This document shows positions 48,550 to 64,000 of a stretch of 64,000 bases of DNA, in pieces; position 1 is the stretch's first letter, and each line of letters opens with the position of its first letter. The notes beneath the pieces are model-generated. The model searched no databases, was not told the DNA's origin, and saw nothing but the letters and a program-made list of their open reading frames with translations. The DNA comes from the human T2T-CHM13v2.0 reference genome, Homo sapiens, in assembly GCF_009914755.1 (NCBI RefSeq), contig NC_060933.1. The stretch is one strand, 5' to 3'. Made by a program: the position numbers and the translations under genes.

Positions 48550-49830
48550 CTCAGTGATCTTTTTGAGGAAGGTAGTCATGGGTCCTAGTAGCTAGTAGAA
48601 TCAGCTTCCTTGACTGAGCTGATGGAGAATCCAAGATCTGTAGATGAAACTAGCTCTTAGCTATTTATTGAATGAATATTCCCTGCTAAGTATTTATTTA
48701 AACCTCACAATAACCTTGTAAGTATAATTATTCTAATTTTACAAATGAGAAAACTGAGACTTAGAGAGACTAAGTTTACGAAGCCAGAGGTTGCCACCAG
48801 GGATTTTGAGCTATAATACTCACGAGTTTTGTTTGACCAACATGTTTTCAAAGGACATACATATAACTCAGCAGTTAGAAGAGTTACACCTAAACCATCT
48901 TATTAGTTTTTAATGTCTCCGGATTATTCCTGTGAACATCTAAATTTGCTAGCCTCATTTAAGCTAGATATATCTGGTTGCATATTTTGCATATTCTAAA
49001 TCAACCATTTAACGAGAAAAGTCAGGTTTCATCTCTGCCATGACAGTGTAACCACCCTAAACAACTCTAAAACTTAACAAAATATATAAGGCAATTGCTT
49101 TCAGGTACTGGACCACAAGAAATGCAGGATCATAATCCTCAAGAGAGGGAACATACATAGTATGAACTTCACATTTTCCCTGGATTGCTGCCTGGGGGCA
49201 ATTTCCAGATGACTGGGTAGAAAAGTGAAGCCCAAGCAGAACATAGCAGCCTCACTGAGCTAATGAGGTAGGAGTCAGAGATTGGAGCTGCTGAAGCAGC
49301 TGGATTATGGCTTGGGAGATGATGTAGCTGCACAAAGAAGGAGGGGTCAAGAAGTCTGCATGGAGGCATCCAGTGGGTTATTAGCTAAAGACTGAGCTGT
49401 ATATACACAGGGTGCATCTTCACAGGTCCAGCAAACTATAGCTGATGCAAGACTGAACTGACTGGAGATAAGAGAGTCACATAGGGTTAAGAGATGTTGG
49501 GTTTCTAGTCGAGACAGTGTTGAGAGGCCCTGTTGAGAATCCTGGACATTGAGATTCCAGAAATGCCCTAGGGAATAAGGACCATTACTGTAAGTAAAAG
49601 CCACACCCTAAGAATAAGGGGAGGAAGCATCAAAAAAATTTTTTTTGGTTTGCTACAACGGCTGAAAATTCCTAAAATCGGTGATAAACCAAACCTACAG
49701 CTTCAAAAAGCCTAGAGAACTCACATAGCATAAATTAAAAGAAAATCAAAATCAAGCCTAGGTATATTGCAGTCAAAGTAAAGAGAAATTTTTAAAGGAG
49801 CTATAGGAAAAAAAGACATTAAATATAGGA

Positions 49831-50254
<424 letters not shown>

Positions 50255-50473
50255 CTAGTGACTCTATTCTCTAAAAATGAGAATGATATACAGATATTTT
50301 CAGATAAAGAATAGCTAGGAGAATTTGTATCCAGCCGACTTGCAATATAAGAAATGCTAAAGGAAGTTATTTAGGCTGAAGAAAATGATATATCAGAGGA
50401 AAAGTTGTGTTGATACAAAGGAATAAAAAGCACTGGAAATGGTAAATATTTGAGTAAATGTAAAAGGCTAGCA

Positions 50474-50759
50474 TTTTTTTTTTTTTTTTTTTTTTTTTTT
50501 GAGACTGTCACCCAGGCTGGAGTGCAGTGGCGCGATCTCAGCTCTCTGCAAGCTCCGCCTCCCGGGTTCATGCCATTCTCCTGCCTCAGCCTCTCCAAGT
50601 AGCTGTGATATTACAGGCGCCCGCCACCACGCCCAGCTAATTTTTTATATTTTTAGTAGAGATAGGGTTTCACCGTGGTCTCGATCTCCTGACCTCGTGA
50701 TCCGCCCGCCTCGGCCTCCCAAAGTGCTGGGATTACAAGCGTGAGTCACCGCGCCCAGC
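50474..50759 (-). mobile_element. AluY-like element with small deletions
   Basis: 'gcaagctccgcctcccgggttcatgccattct' in a CpG-rich body. Confidence 0.9.
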
Positions 50760-50932
50760 TGCATTTTTTGTTCTTAATTTTCGTAAAAGACAACTGACAA
50801 TTTAAAGCAAAAATCATGGCAATGTGTTGTAGGGTTTATATCATATGTAGAATTTATGACAGTAACACAAAGAATGAAGGTAAATGAAATTATTTCACGA
50901 AACAACTCCACTTATAATAGTATAAAAAATAA

Positions 50933-51252
<320 letters not shown>

Positions 51253-51280
51253 CAGGAATAAATTTAACAAAGAAAGTTCA

Positions 51281-51580
51281 GGCAGGTTGTGGTAGCTCAC
51301 GCCTGTAATCCCAGCACTTTGGGAAGCCGAGGCAGGTGAACTGACTGAGGTCAGGAGTTCGAGACCAGCCTGGCCAACATAGTGAAACACCTTCTATACT
51401 AAAAACACAAAAAATTAGCCGGACGTGGTGGCTGGCGCCTGTAATCCCAGCTACTCGGGAGGCTGAGGCAGGAGAATGGCTTTGGGAGGCAGAGGCAGTG
51501 GTTGCAGTGAGCCGAGATCATGCCATTGCACTCCAGCCTGGGCAACAAGAGTGAAACTCTGTCTGAAAAAAAAGAAAAAA
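51281..51580 (+). mobile_element. AluSq/Sp-like element
   Basis: 'ggcaacaagagtgaaactc', with TSD 'aaagaaagttca'. Confidence 0.92.
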
Positions 51581-51928
51581 AAGAAAGTTCAAAATTTAAC
51601 AACTGAAAACTATAGTATATCATTGAAAAAGTAAAAGACCTAAGTAAATAGAATAAATGGAAAGACATTCTGTATTCATGGATTGGAAGACTTAATATTG
51701 TTAAGAGGCCTGGGCAACATAGCAAGACCTCATCTCTACTAAAAATAAAAATTAAATATATATATATTTTTAAGAGAGAAATTCTCCATAAATTAATCTA
51801 TACATTTAATGTAATTCCTATCAAACTCTCAGGTGCCTTTTTCCCCCAAAATTACCATGCTGATCATAAAATTCATGTGATTTAAAGAACCCAGAATAAC
51901 TGAAACAATTTTACAAAAGAAGTACAAG

Positions 51929-52085
51929 TTGGGCATGATGACAGATGCCTGTAGTCCCAGCTACTCAGGCAGCTGAGGTGGGAGGATCATTTGAGCCCCC
52001 GCAGGAGTTCAAAGTTGCAGTGAGCTATGATTGCACAACTGTGCTCCAGCCTGGGTAACAGAGCAAGAACCCATCCCTAAAAAAA
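51929..52085 (+). mobile_element. Alu right monomer (FRAM/AluJ)
   Basis: Monomer with TSD 'aagtacaag' / 'aagtacaaag'. Confidence 0.8.
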
Positions 52086-52791
52086 TGAACAAACAAAGTA
52101 CAAAGTTAAAGGACACACACATCAATTTTAACACTTTCTATAAAACTACAGTAATCAAGACAGGATGATACTTTCATACAGATAGACATACAAATCAATG
52201 AAATATAATTGAGAATCTAGAAATAAATGCATACACTTATGGTCAATTGATTTCTGGCAAAAACACCAAGACAATTTGATATAAAAGAATAGGCTTTTCA
52301 ACAAATAGTGCTGAGACAACTGTATATTCACATGAAAAGAAAGAAATGGGACCCTTACCTCACACCATGTCAAAAATTAACTCAAAATGATTAACTATAA
52401 TGACCTAAATATAAGAGCTAACACTGTAAAACTTAGGAGAAAGCATAGTATAAATCTTTACAGCTTGGATTAAGCAGTGGTTTCTTAGATATGACACCAA
52501 AAGCTCAAATAACAAAAGAAAAAAAAGATAAATTGGACTTCTTCACAATTAACTCATGTGCTTTAAAGAATACTATAAGAAAGTGAAAAGACAACCCACA
52601 GAATGGGAGAAAATATTGGCAAATCATTTATCTGATAAAGGATTTGCATCCAGAATATATAGAGAATTCTTAAAAGTCAACAAGTAACTCAACTGAAAAT
52701 GGGCAAAGGATTTGAACAGATATTTCTCCAGAGAAAACACATTAATGTGCTTTCATGTGCAATGAGCACATGAAAACATGTTCAACACTTG

Positions 52792-53066
52792 TCCAGGTGC
52801 AATGGGGCTCAGGCCTGTAATCCCAGCACTTTGGGAGGCTAAGGCAGGCAGGTCACTTGAGGTCAGGTGTTCAAGACCAGCCTGGCCAACATGCTGAAAC
52901 CCTGTGTCCACTAAAAATACAAAAAAAATTAGCTGGGTGTGATGGTGCATGCCTGTAGTCCCAGCAACTCAGGTGGCCGATGAACAAGAATTGCTTGACC
53001 CTGGGAGGTGGGAGGTGGAAGTTGCAGTGAGTCGAGATCATGCTACCGTACTCCAGAAAAAGAAAA
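52792..53066 (+). mobile_element. AluS, 3'-deleted
   Basis: Sense dimer ending 'ctccagaaaaagaaaa'. Confidence 0.88.
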
Positions 53067-54190
53067 TCATTAGCTATCAGGAAACACAAATGAGATACCA
53101 CTTCGTACCCAACAGAATAGCTAAAGTTTTTAAAATAGACAATAAGTGTTGATAAGGATGTGGAAAAATTGGAACCCTTGTACATTGCTGGTAGGATTGT
53201 AAAATGGTGCAGCTACTTTAGAAAATAGTTTGGCAGTTCTTCTCTAAACACAGAGTAATCATATGATCCAGCAATTCTGCTCCTAGGTATATACACCAAG
53301 AAAACTGAAAACATAGGTTCACATAAAAATTTGTACACATTCTGAATGGCATTTTTGTTAGAAAAAAAAAAACCTGTACACAATGTTCATGCAGAATTTT
53401 CATATAGCCCAAAAGTGGATACTATCCAAAGTCCATCAACTGATGAATGGATAAACAAAATGTGATATGCCCAAACAATGGAATATTATTCCACAATAGA
53501 AAGGACTGAAGCACTGATAACATGCTTTAACATGGTTTAAAAACATAATGCTAAGTGAGAGAAGCCAAACACAAAAGGCCACATATTGTGTGCTTCCCTT
53601 TATATGAAATGTCCAGAATAGGCAAATCCATATAGACAGAAGGTCAGTTAGTATTTGACAGGGGCTTGGAAAAGCAGGAATGAGGAGTGATTGCTAATGG
53701 GTGGGGGTTTCTTTGTAGAAATTAAAGTACTAATTTGATAATGATGATGACCATACAACTCTTCAGACTTATTAAAATCGATCCAATCCTACACTTTAAA
53801 AGGGTGAATTTAATGGTATTTGAATTATATCTCAATTTTTAAATTTCTGAAGAACTCTATGGAAGGACATAAGGGCTCTTATTTGGGATAGAAAAATTCA
53901 GTATTGAAAAGATGTCAACCTTCCCCAAATTAGCCCATAAATTCCATGTAGATCTAATCAAAATCTTAATAGAACTTTTTTTGGCTTAACAAAATGATTC
54001 TAAATTTCACTGGAAAAATAAATGTGAAAGAATCGTTTTAAAGTCTGGAAAATATAAAATTTAGGGTGGTAAGGTTATAGACTTAGCTCTCCTGGATATT
54101 ATATGTGTATTTTGAAATGTTTGAAACATGTTTAAAATCACATTCAGTGAGGTTTTTTTCAATTTTTAATTTTTAAAATAATTCAAGTAT

Positions 54191-54683
54191 ACAGTTGGCC
54201 CTCTACATCCATTAGTTCCACATCCATAGATTCCAACCAGCCACAGATAAACAAATATTAGGGGGAAAAAAGATGGTTGCATTTGAACTGACCATATTCA
54301 AGCCTATTTTCCTTGTCATTATTCCCTAAACAATATAATATTAGCAACTATTTACATAGCATTTATATTATTTTTTTAAATTATACTTTAAGTTTTAGGA
54401 TACATGTGCACAACGTGCAGGTTTGTTACATATGTATACATGTGCCATGTTGGTGTGCTGCACCCATTAACTCATCATTTAACATTAGGTATATCTCCTA
54501 ATATATTAAGTATTATAAGTAATCTAAACATGACTTGGCGTATACAAGAGGATGTGCAAAGGTTTTATGCAAATACTACACCATTTTCTATCAGGTACTT
54601 GAGTATCCATGGATTTTCATATTCATGAGGGTCCTAGAACCAATCCGCCCCCCACCCCAGATACCCAGGGACAACCATGTGAC
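54191..54683. mobile_element. MER2 with a nested L1PA 3' fragment (about 54370-54502, -)
   Basis: Runs 'cagttggccctc' to 'gatacccagggacaac', with insert 'ttatactttaagttttaggatacatgtgcacaacg'. Confidence 0.85.
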
Positions 54684-54779
54684 TTTTATAATTATAAAGC
54701 AATAAATCATGAAAAAGCAAATTAAGAAATAAATACTCCAACTATGCTTCTTCTTTTCCAATGCTACTTTACTCTCTTT

Positions 54780-55320
54780 CAGGCTGAAAATCTCTTGTTT
54801 CAATGTATCATCGTATACATGATTTCAAGTCCCTTTTTCAGACTTGTTGGTTTCTCCGAATATAGGTTAATTTATGAATAGCCTCCTAGAGTTTGGCACC
54901 TAACCTGAGGCACATTTGATGTGGAATGACTGGCATAAAATAAAGGTCAATTTTCTTGTCATTCTAGTTACTTCATTTATAGTAGTGCATCCTAAAATCA
55001 TATTAGCCTTTCTGGGTAGCTGATTCATAAAGTTGACTGATACTAACTAAAGCCCTGTGACTTTTTCAATCATTAGTGCTGCTAAAGCCCAAACTTTCTC
55101 TATTATCTTGTCTCTTTTGCAGTTGGTATCTGGAATAAAGTGGCCTTACCTTTATTTCTATCAAAATACGTCTTGATTTAGTGATCCCAATCCATTGCAT
55201 TTGGTGCAATTGTCCAAGATACTCATTAACTCTGCCAGCTCTGTGATATCTGAAAATTTGAAAGGGACGATCTTTAGATCATCATTTAAGTCACTGATGA
55301 AAATGATTATTGGGATATCT
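54780..55320 (-). mobile_element. L3/CR1 LINE relic
   Basis: 'gcatcctaaaatcatattagcctttctgg' and 'tctgaaaatttga...atcatcatttaagtcactgatgaaaatg' match CR1 RT-region DNA. Confidence 0.6.
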
Positions 55321-56806
55321 TGGGGAACACAGACTACAGCATAATATGAAAATCACCATCTACATTGTTAGTTTCCTTCACGTTTCTGGCATCTAGCCCA
55401 AAGGTGCGCAGACCTCAATGCATTTAAGGGTCTCCTGGGCAGCTTGTAAATTCCCTAGACTCACCTCTAGAGATTCAAATTCGATAGTCTAGAATAGTGT
55501 CCAACAATCGGCAGTTAAAACTAACACCCACTTTTAGATTTGCGTAAGACTGTTTGTTTGCATTGGTCATAAGCGTGACAGAGAAGTCATGTCACAAACC
55601 TTGCTGAAGGTGTAGACGTTCATATTCATATTGGGTCTTATAATTTTTTACTGACAGTTTGACAGGATAAATGTATTTGTGCTATCTTAATTTACATTTT
55701 ATTATCTTCTAGAATGAAATTGAAGACATTCTTATATTTTTCTTGGCCATTGCAAATTCCCTACTGATTCTTTTTTTCTATTTATCAATTGCTTTTATTT
55801 CTTTCCTGGTAAATATGTAAGCTATGGCTGATAGTTTTCATGTGTTATAAGGATTACAAATGTTTTTCTCAATTTCTTTGTTTCTCTGTTCTCAGTTTGT
55901 CATTTGTATTTTAACCTTTTTACATATTGTCTTTTTCTATAGCAAGTATGTTTCTATTTCTTCTGCAAAAAATCTAACAATTTTTATAATTTGTCATTAT
56001 TTGAAGTCATGCCTAAAAACTCTTTCTCTGGGATTATGTAAATATTCAATAACATTTTCTTTAGAATACAACCTTCTGTAGTTTTATATCTTTGATATCT
56101 TTATATTTTTTGAATTTTATATACCTCTAGAATGCTTTTAAAATATAATTTTTGGAAAATCTGAATCAAGTATGTTAATTGTTGAAATACTAACAATTGA
56201 GGAATTGCTTATATGTATCATGAGATGAGATTGGTAAATTATACAGAATATCCATAAGATAGAATTCTATGCGGCAAATGAGATTTTGCCCTAAAAGGAT
56301 ATTTTCTGACATGTAGATATTCACAATTTAATGTTAAGTGAAACAAAGCAGAAATACATACACACATTCCAATTCTGTTAAAAATATTGTATGTATGTGC
56401 ATAAAAGACAAAAAACTGAACAGGATACGAGACAGGATGGCTGTGATGTATGCAGAAATGTTAGCAGTGTTTGTTACTGTATAGTGGGGTAATGCATGTT
56501 TTCATATGTTGCTTACTTTTGACAATAAACATGTTTTAGCAACAAAACACACAAAAAGCTAAAGCTATATACTATGTTGAATTCTAATAACTTGAAGCAA
56601 AATAGAAAAATATGGTAAAGTATAAAGTGGGAATTACTTGGTTTTAGATGAACTGCATAATATTTGGAAGTTATTTAGACATTTTTCATTTTCAAACACA
56701 ACAGGACTATGATCGTGAATCATCAATGCCCAGCCAAGTGAGTAATATAGCTACTTATAAGCACAGGTTTAACTACTACTTCTGTATTATATGCAAATAC
56801 AAATAT

Positions 56807-57090
56807 GGCTGGGCACAATGGCTCACACCTGTAATCCCAACACTTCGAGAGGCCAAAGCAGGAGGATTTCTTGAGGCCAGGAGTTTGAGACCAGCCTGAG
56901 TAATATAGCAAGACCCTGACTCTACAAAAATTAGGAATTCAGCCAGACATGGCAGTGCATACCTGCAGTCCCAGCTACTCAGGAGGCTGAGGCAGGAGGA
57001 GCACTTGAGCCCAGGAGGTCAAGGCTACAATGAGCCATGATCATGCCACTGCACTCCAGCTTGAGCGACAGCAAGACCCTGTCTCAATCC
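56807..57090 (+). mobile_element. AluJ
   Basis: Sense dimer with J diagnostics. Confidence 0.9.
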
Positions 57091-57199
57091 ATCAATATTT
57101 AAAATATAAAATAAAAACTATATAAATACCATCTTTTACTGAAATGATGGATTCAGCATGTTTCCTTAAACTCTTATATTTAAATGACTTATTGTTATT

Positions 57200-57324
57200 A
57201 TTACTTAGTAGAGATATAGCCTTGCTTTATTGCCAGGGTGATCTCAAATTCCTGGACACAAGCAATCCTCTTGCCTCACCCTTCCAAAATGTTGGGATTA
57301 TAGGTGTGAACCACCACACCCAGC
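57200..57324 (-). mobile_element. FLAM
   Basis: Antisense left monomer. Confidence 0.75.
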
Positions 57325-57407
57325 CACATTTAAATGTTTATTAATAGTCAACTAAAATGTAATTCTGGAATAAAAGCTCCAACAACATGAAAATTTAGGT
57401 GGCTATT

Positions 57408-57945
57408 GTGTTGGGGGTGTCCCCAAGACTACCCCCAAGGTTTAATGGTTTGCTAGGAGGACTCATAGGACTCAGCATAAACCTATACTCATGGCACAAT
57501 TTATTATAGCAAAAATATCAAAGCAAAATCAAGGCTAAACCCAGAGGAAATCATGCCCAAGCTTTCAAGAATTATCTCCCATTAGAGTCACACCTGGTGT
57601 ACTTAGTTCCTCCAGCAGCGAGTAGTGACAATATGTGTGAAATGTTATCTATGAAGGGGGCTCATTAAACTCAGCACCCAAGATTTTTACTGGGGGCTGG
57701 TCACAGTGGTTACCTTCTGCCTAGCATGTTCCAAAACTCCAGACTTCCAGAAGAAAAGCATGTGTTCAGCATACACCACGTAGGTTGTATAAACCGTCTA
57801 GACACAGCAAGCCACTCTTACCAGTTCTGCAAATGGTGGGAACCTTCCAAAAATTCAAGTTTCCAGACACCAGTCAAGGCCCTACCTTGCGAGCAGGTCT
57901 TTCTAATGATAGCAGTCTCAGAACTGTTGTGTTCCTTTCTGTACA
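57408..57945. mobile_element. MER21-family LTR
   Basis: 'ggtgtccccaagactaccccc...gctaggaggactcataggactcagcata' and 'ccaaaactccagacttccagaagaaaagca'. Confidence 0.75.
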
Positions 57946-58078
57946 TACCTGTTCCCTCTTAAGGTACAGTTACCAAATTACCAGATGTGGGAATCATGTA
58001 CACAAATGTGTTAGATTCATCCATACTCAGTTAAACAACAATAACAAAAAAGTAAATGAATAAAGTTTAACTGAAACT

Positions 58079-58082
<4 letters not shown>

Positions 58083-58111
<29 letters not shown>

Positions 58112-58400
58112 ACAGCGTCTTGCTCTGTCACCCAGGCTGGAGCGCAGTGGCACAATCACGGCTCACCGCAGCTTCGACCTCCTTGATTCAGGTGATCCTC
58201 TCACCGCAGCCTCTAGAGTAGCTTGGACTACAGGAGCTTATCACCATACGTGGCTATTTTTTGTATTTTTTTCTTTTGTAAATAGAGGCAGGGTCTCACT
58301 ATGTTGCCCAGGCTGGCTTTAAATTCCTGGGCTCAAGTGATCCTCTCACCTCTGCTTCCCCAAGAGCTGGGATTACAGGTGTGAGCCACTGTACCCGGCC
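58083..58400 (-). mobile_element. AluJ
   Basis: Poly-T plus dimer. Confidence 0.9.
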
Positions 58401-58899
58401 ATTTACCTTTTGTAGCCCAGAAATAAATCGGTTGATAAGCTACCAATTCAGAAGAGATCACAAATAAAATTACCATGTTCTCCTAGACTTGTCAAATTAA
58501 TGCACATTCATTATAGAAAATGTGGAAAACCCAGAAAAATATCAAAGAAATAAGATTCACTGGAAGCCCCAAATCATAGATTACCACTGTTAACTTTTTC
58601 TATGCATGTTTGTGTATGTATATATGTATATATACTTACATATACACATATATATACACATACATAGAAAATATATACATATATACACACGTAGAAAATA
58701 TGTTATACACAAATTATATATTAACACAGTTGATGCCACACTCCATATTAGATCTTAGTTACCTTCATTTTGTCCATATCATTAACAATTCTGAGGAAAC
58801 GCTTTTAGTAATGACAAATATTCTAGCTCTGGCTATAATTTCTACAGTTTTCCCCCTTCTGTTGGATGTATAGATTGTTTCCTGCCATTCACATTTTTC

Positions 58900-59335
58900 C
58901 AAACCCTCATAAAAACTTTCTGTGCCTTCCTATTACTCTTAGAATAAGGTCAAAATTTTTAACACAGTCAACAAGACCCCACATCTTTTAAGACCTCCCT
59001 CTCTCTACTCCTCCACTTCATTTTTTCCCATTTCTTCTTGACACTGAGCCACCATAGCTGCCTTTGAATTCCTCAAATGTGCCACTGTCTCTCACCTCAT
59101 GTTTTCCATATGTGTAGGTAGCCCCCTACATTATATATCGCAATGATCACAGTTTTAATTTGTCATATAATTATTTAAAATGCCAATTTTAAAAATGCAT
59201 GCCTCCTCACGTAGGTGGGAGTTTTAAAGGCAGGGACTATATCTGTCTTGTTCACTGATATACACTCAGTGGTAAATGTCTCTGCAACATAGACACGGCA
59301 AAGATAATTGTGGAATTAAAGGATAAATGCATAAA
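58900..59335 (+). mobile_element. L2 3' fragment
   Basis: 'ttactcttagaataaggtcaaa' and 'ggcagggactatatctgtcttgttcactg'. Confidence 0.7.
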
Positions 59336-62300
59336 TAGGATTTCACCTTTATGTTAATTTTTAAATAATTTAGTATATTTGATAACTTTGTTCACTGGAT
59401 TTCCAGATTATTATTATTTTCTTTTTATAAACTCCCATTTCCTCCTTATGCCTCCTAATTATCTATAATGGTAAATAATTAAAAACCACTTAATTCTGCA
59501 CAGGTTTTCCTTAATTCAGGCCTTTTACTTAACTATTTTATTAATTCTGATAATTTTTTGATTTATTCTTTAGAGTTTTCTGGTTACACAACCACAATGT
59601 GTGACTTATGATACCTATTTGATCACATATTATTCTCATTTTCACTTTTAGTAGTTATATTTCAATTTTGAATACTTGACTCAATATAGTACTTTGAATC
59701 AAGAAATTTCATATTTTTTAGAATTTCCTTAGGATAAGTGTTTTGCTTAATATATTCTTAAAAATCAATCTTTTTATGTATTTTAGTGTCTACTCTTTCA
59801 AATTTACGGAGGCTTTGTTATAGATAATTGATGTTACCTACATATTTTTGTTTGTTTTCTTTTTTATTTTTATAGAAACAGACGTTGCAGGATGTTTATT
59901 TGTTTTCAAGTTAGGATATTGGGCTAAAAGGTAGTGAGGGGACAATGGATCTTTCCCTTGGCTGGGTCCTGGAAGAACAGAGGGGCCTGGACTCCCTTGA
60001 AGGGTGCAAGGTCAAAGACCCACTATTAGGAGATGTGAACCAGTTCCTGCAACTTGCAAACAGAGAGTAAAAAGATAGATTCTCTGGAGGATCCTAGGAA
60101 TGAGGAATCGGTTTTGGCTTGTGAACTCTGGAAATGTTCATATTTAGTATCCAGGATTTTCTTTTATATGGCAAATCTCCTTTTGTTCTCTTGTATTGTT
60201 AGTAGAGTTCGTTTAATTGTTATAGCCTGATCTTAGCTGAGCTCTGAGTATTAATTGATAGGCCCATGTGCATATTTGGAATGAAATTGTATAGGGAGAG
60301 TAATCATGGCCTAAGGAAGCCAGTGAAGAAATAATACATTGTTATCCAAAGATCAGAGATGCAGGCCAGAGTGGGGCTGCTGGCCGAAGCACACAGTAAA
60401 AACCAGGACTGACCTGGTGACATGGGTATATTCTCCAGGGAGTCTCAGAGACCTTGGGACTGTGGTCAGACATAATGAGGGCATGGATCCTTTCATTTAG
60501 AGTTAAAGGGAAGTGCTACTTCTGACAACTGTAGAGGCCAGGAACCTTTGGATTACAAACCAATAAATTCTTGTAACAGGCACTCAAGGAGACAGAATCT
60601 ACTTTTCCAGATGCTTTTGTGTCTTCCTGCTGCACCGTCTACGATTACTGTTTTAAAGCTCTATTTCTAAATGCATGATATTAATAACTTCTTTTTTGAA
60701 AATGCTAAATATAGATGAAGCTACAACAAATGTGGCAACTTTCTACATAGTAATATATACAGAGAGCCACAAAATATTTGTGTAACTCTTCTAATTCTAC
60801 TTAATGGGAACATTTTAAATTAATAAAAAATATAGAGGAAAGCATGAAAAAAGTAAAAGTAAATATGGGTTAACAAAAATGCCTTAAAACTTTGGAATAA
60901 TAAACAAAAATATATTTATAGGAATAACACTGATTAATAGTGATAAGGAAAAACATGTTATTTAAACCATTAACACAGTATAAAAGTTTTGGAATCACAT
61001 AAAAACTTGAAGAGATGAGCAAAACAGGCAGCAACATGAGTGCAAAATAGCCAATAATGTTCTAAGCAATTAAAAGTATTTAATAATTTACAATATTAAA
61101 AAGCATGAAGACAATAGTATGTTCTCTGCAAAACACACTCCCATGGCTCAGGGTTCCTGATAGAATGGAGAGGAGCCCACCACTGCACCAGTGGGACATT
61201 CTACTATCTTCACTATCTATTTATTACTTAGCCTTCATTAATTGTTCTTTACTATGCACTCTTCACTATTATTCTTATGTAGGTTGAGGGTAGGGCTTAC
61301 ATCTTCCTTAGCAAACAGTAATAGCTCCTAGCAGCAGTTGCCTTTCATACTTGTACACAAGTGCCAACACATGGAAATGTTATGTGAAAAAAAAGTGTCC
61401 ATCACAGTGCAATTTATACCAGCAGAAAATGCAGATAACCTAAAATGCCCAGGAATAGGAAACAGTTAAACATCCCATCACATGTTAGCTGAGCGACATA
61501 TTTCGGAACTCTTAGAAAAATCATGATTTTAAAGATGCAACCTGCGAAAATTCTTGATTGAATAGATGTAAAAACAATGTAAAATATACAGAGGTAATAA
61601 GCTTATGTCAAATTTATAAAACATATGGAGAGCTAACATAAAATGCTAATGACAGTTGTTACGGTGACAGGTTATGAATTTTTCTACTTTTTTTGGTAGG
61701 GTGAATTTACTTTCATAAGAAAAATTATGTGTGAAAATATAGATGAAGTCTCTTATTTGCACCCACGGTTTTTTGGGCCATAAACTAAAATCCTCAAGGT
61801 AATTAGGGATATGTGGCAGCCAGGTAGCCACAGAGTCCCATTTTCAGCCCTCCCAACAGGTGTTTCTAAAGAGCTCAGAATCCCGAGACCTACATATCAT
61901 GTTGATTCAGCCATGTGAATGTTTTTAAGGAGGAATACCAAAAAGAGAATAGTCTTGTGGGATACATGAATGATAAACCTCCAGAAGAAAAAGGGCAGTG
62001 CCCTAATACTGAGCAACTGCATACATTTTTATTTCCAGGTAAAGATCACCCTTTGAAAAAACTAAGGAGCCTGCCTGTCCATACAGGGCAAGCTTAAAAT
62101 AGAATTATGTGAAGTGGTCTGGTCATCCTGTGACCTGTGGCAGAAAATAGTAGCAAAGAAAGCGAGAGAAAATATCAGAATCTGAAATTTCACCAATTCA
62201 TGATAACCACAGACCCTCCTGGACCTTCCCTGGGAAAAAAGGAACAGAGAAAGGGGAGAATATTCTGTCTTCCTCAGATTCCAGCCCATCCCTTTCCAAT

Positions 62301-62995
62301 GTCCAGAGTCTACCATCTGTGAATTTATAACTCCACCCTTTCTTCCTCCCCATTTCCAGTCTTCTCAGTTAAGCCTTCTGTAGCAAATGGATGAGTTAAG
62401 ACCTGGTGTGTTGTCTCCCTGTTAGTAATTAAAGTGACATGAACAAAATTGCCACGTTTTGATTTCACTTCATGCCCAGAGACATCTGGGGATCTTTATG
62501 GGCCAGTAATTTGATACTAAAGGTAGGCTAATCATTTGTGTCCCTTCAAATAGAGATTATTAGGTCTGTGTGTGACCTTTACTTAAAAACGAGGCTAAGT
62601 GCTGCTGTACCGGGAGGACCAGGGTCACAATTTTCAGCCTCTTCTGCACTGTCCCTGGACCAGAGACCCATCAACTATGACTCAAGCACGCTTCCTAGAA
62701 GACAATTCCATCCATCCAGAGTGCTTATCTAAGCAAACACCCTCCAGCCACCTACAGAACTCTCCCTGACAGTAGTGCTAATTAAGATTTTGTCCATCAG
62801 TTACAATCCCAATAATGCTTCAGCACCCCCATGACTAGAGGCCCAGGCAGCTGTCGTGTCGGCTCACTTGTTTCCCCATTACAGGAAGTAAGCTCCCTTG
62901 GAAAAAAATCACAGTGGTTAACCTTGGGGGAGGAAGAAACATTGTCTAGGAAAGAGCAAAAGAAACTTTCTGGGCAAAAGTCATGTTCTATATCT

Positions 62996-63326
<331 letters not shown>

Positions 63327-64000
63327 ATGTTCTATATCTTAATAGGGGTTTGGGCTACACCAATGGATGCATTTGTTAAAACTGAGGAAATTAACATGAA
63401 GATTCGTGCATTTCTTTGTATGTACATTTTACATCAAAAGAAAAAAATTATAAACGAATATTTAACTCTTGATGATACTCATGATACAAAATAGTAACGT
63501 TAGTATATTAAGGTCTGCAATTTTCTTTGAATTGCATAAACAAAAAGAGGATGGCTAGTAAGACTGTTAGGTGGATAGAAAGACTGTTAGATGGATAGAT
63601 ATGTGACAACACAAGCATAGTAAAATTTTAATAATACAATGTAGATAATGGGCATAGGGGGTGGTCATCATAGTATTTGTTCAACTTAGTCATATGTTTG
63701 AAAATTTTGGATAATAAAATGCTGGAGGGAAAAAGAAATCAACTCACATCCTCAGGCCGAACTCTAAATAAATTAGGCAGTAACTATATTACATTGCTAT
63801 ATTAGCCTCCAGTGACCTCCTCCACTCCTGACCGTTTTAAATATTTGGCGTTACAGCTTCATTCTCTCAAAAACAGAACAGGCTATGTTGTTTCGGTATA
63901 CTGCTAACACTGTGAACATCACAAGGTTCACCTTCAATTACTTTACCTAATCTGGAGTATGAGAGTATTCGTGAAGATTCTTTGGTTGTGATCAGAAACT

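Noticed and set aside
59880-60600. Possible ancient LTR or unique regulatory block
   Set aside because: I could not assign a family or termini with confidence, so it is left unannotated.

Overview
This is repeat-dense primate genomic DNA, most likely human, with the character of intergenic or deep-intronic sequence. It is AT-rich and CpG-depleted, with no CpG island. I see no credible host protein-coding exon, and every recognisable translation in the ORF track derives from a repeat (L1, Alu, THE1-int, HERV-L gag). The window holds more than 30 Alus/FLAMs, old L1M and younger L1PA/PB fragments, several MaLR and ERVL LTRs, a full-length THE1 provirus, DNA transposons (Tigger3a, MER2, MER5, Charlie1), L2/MIR/L3 relics and a Y4 RNA retropseudogene. 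The most notable structure is at 6391-8124, a single insert inside an AluJ with one 5-bp target-site duplication. It consists of an MLT2A/HERV-L 5' LTR plus gag fragment fused to an inverted THE1 5' LTR that stops at the end of its tRNA-Leu primer-binding site. It may be a fossil ERVL x MaLR hybrid reverse-transcription product. Subfamily names come from recalled consensus sequences, not a database search, and old-repeat boundaries are approximate. I did not identify the locus.
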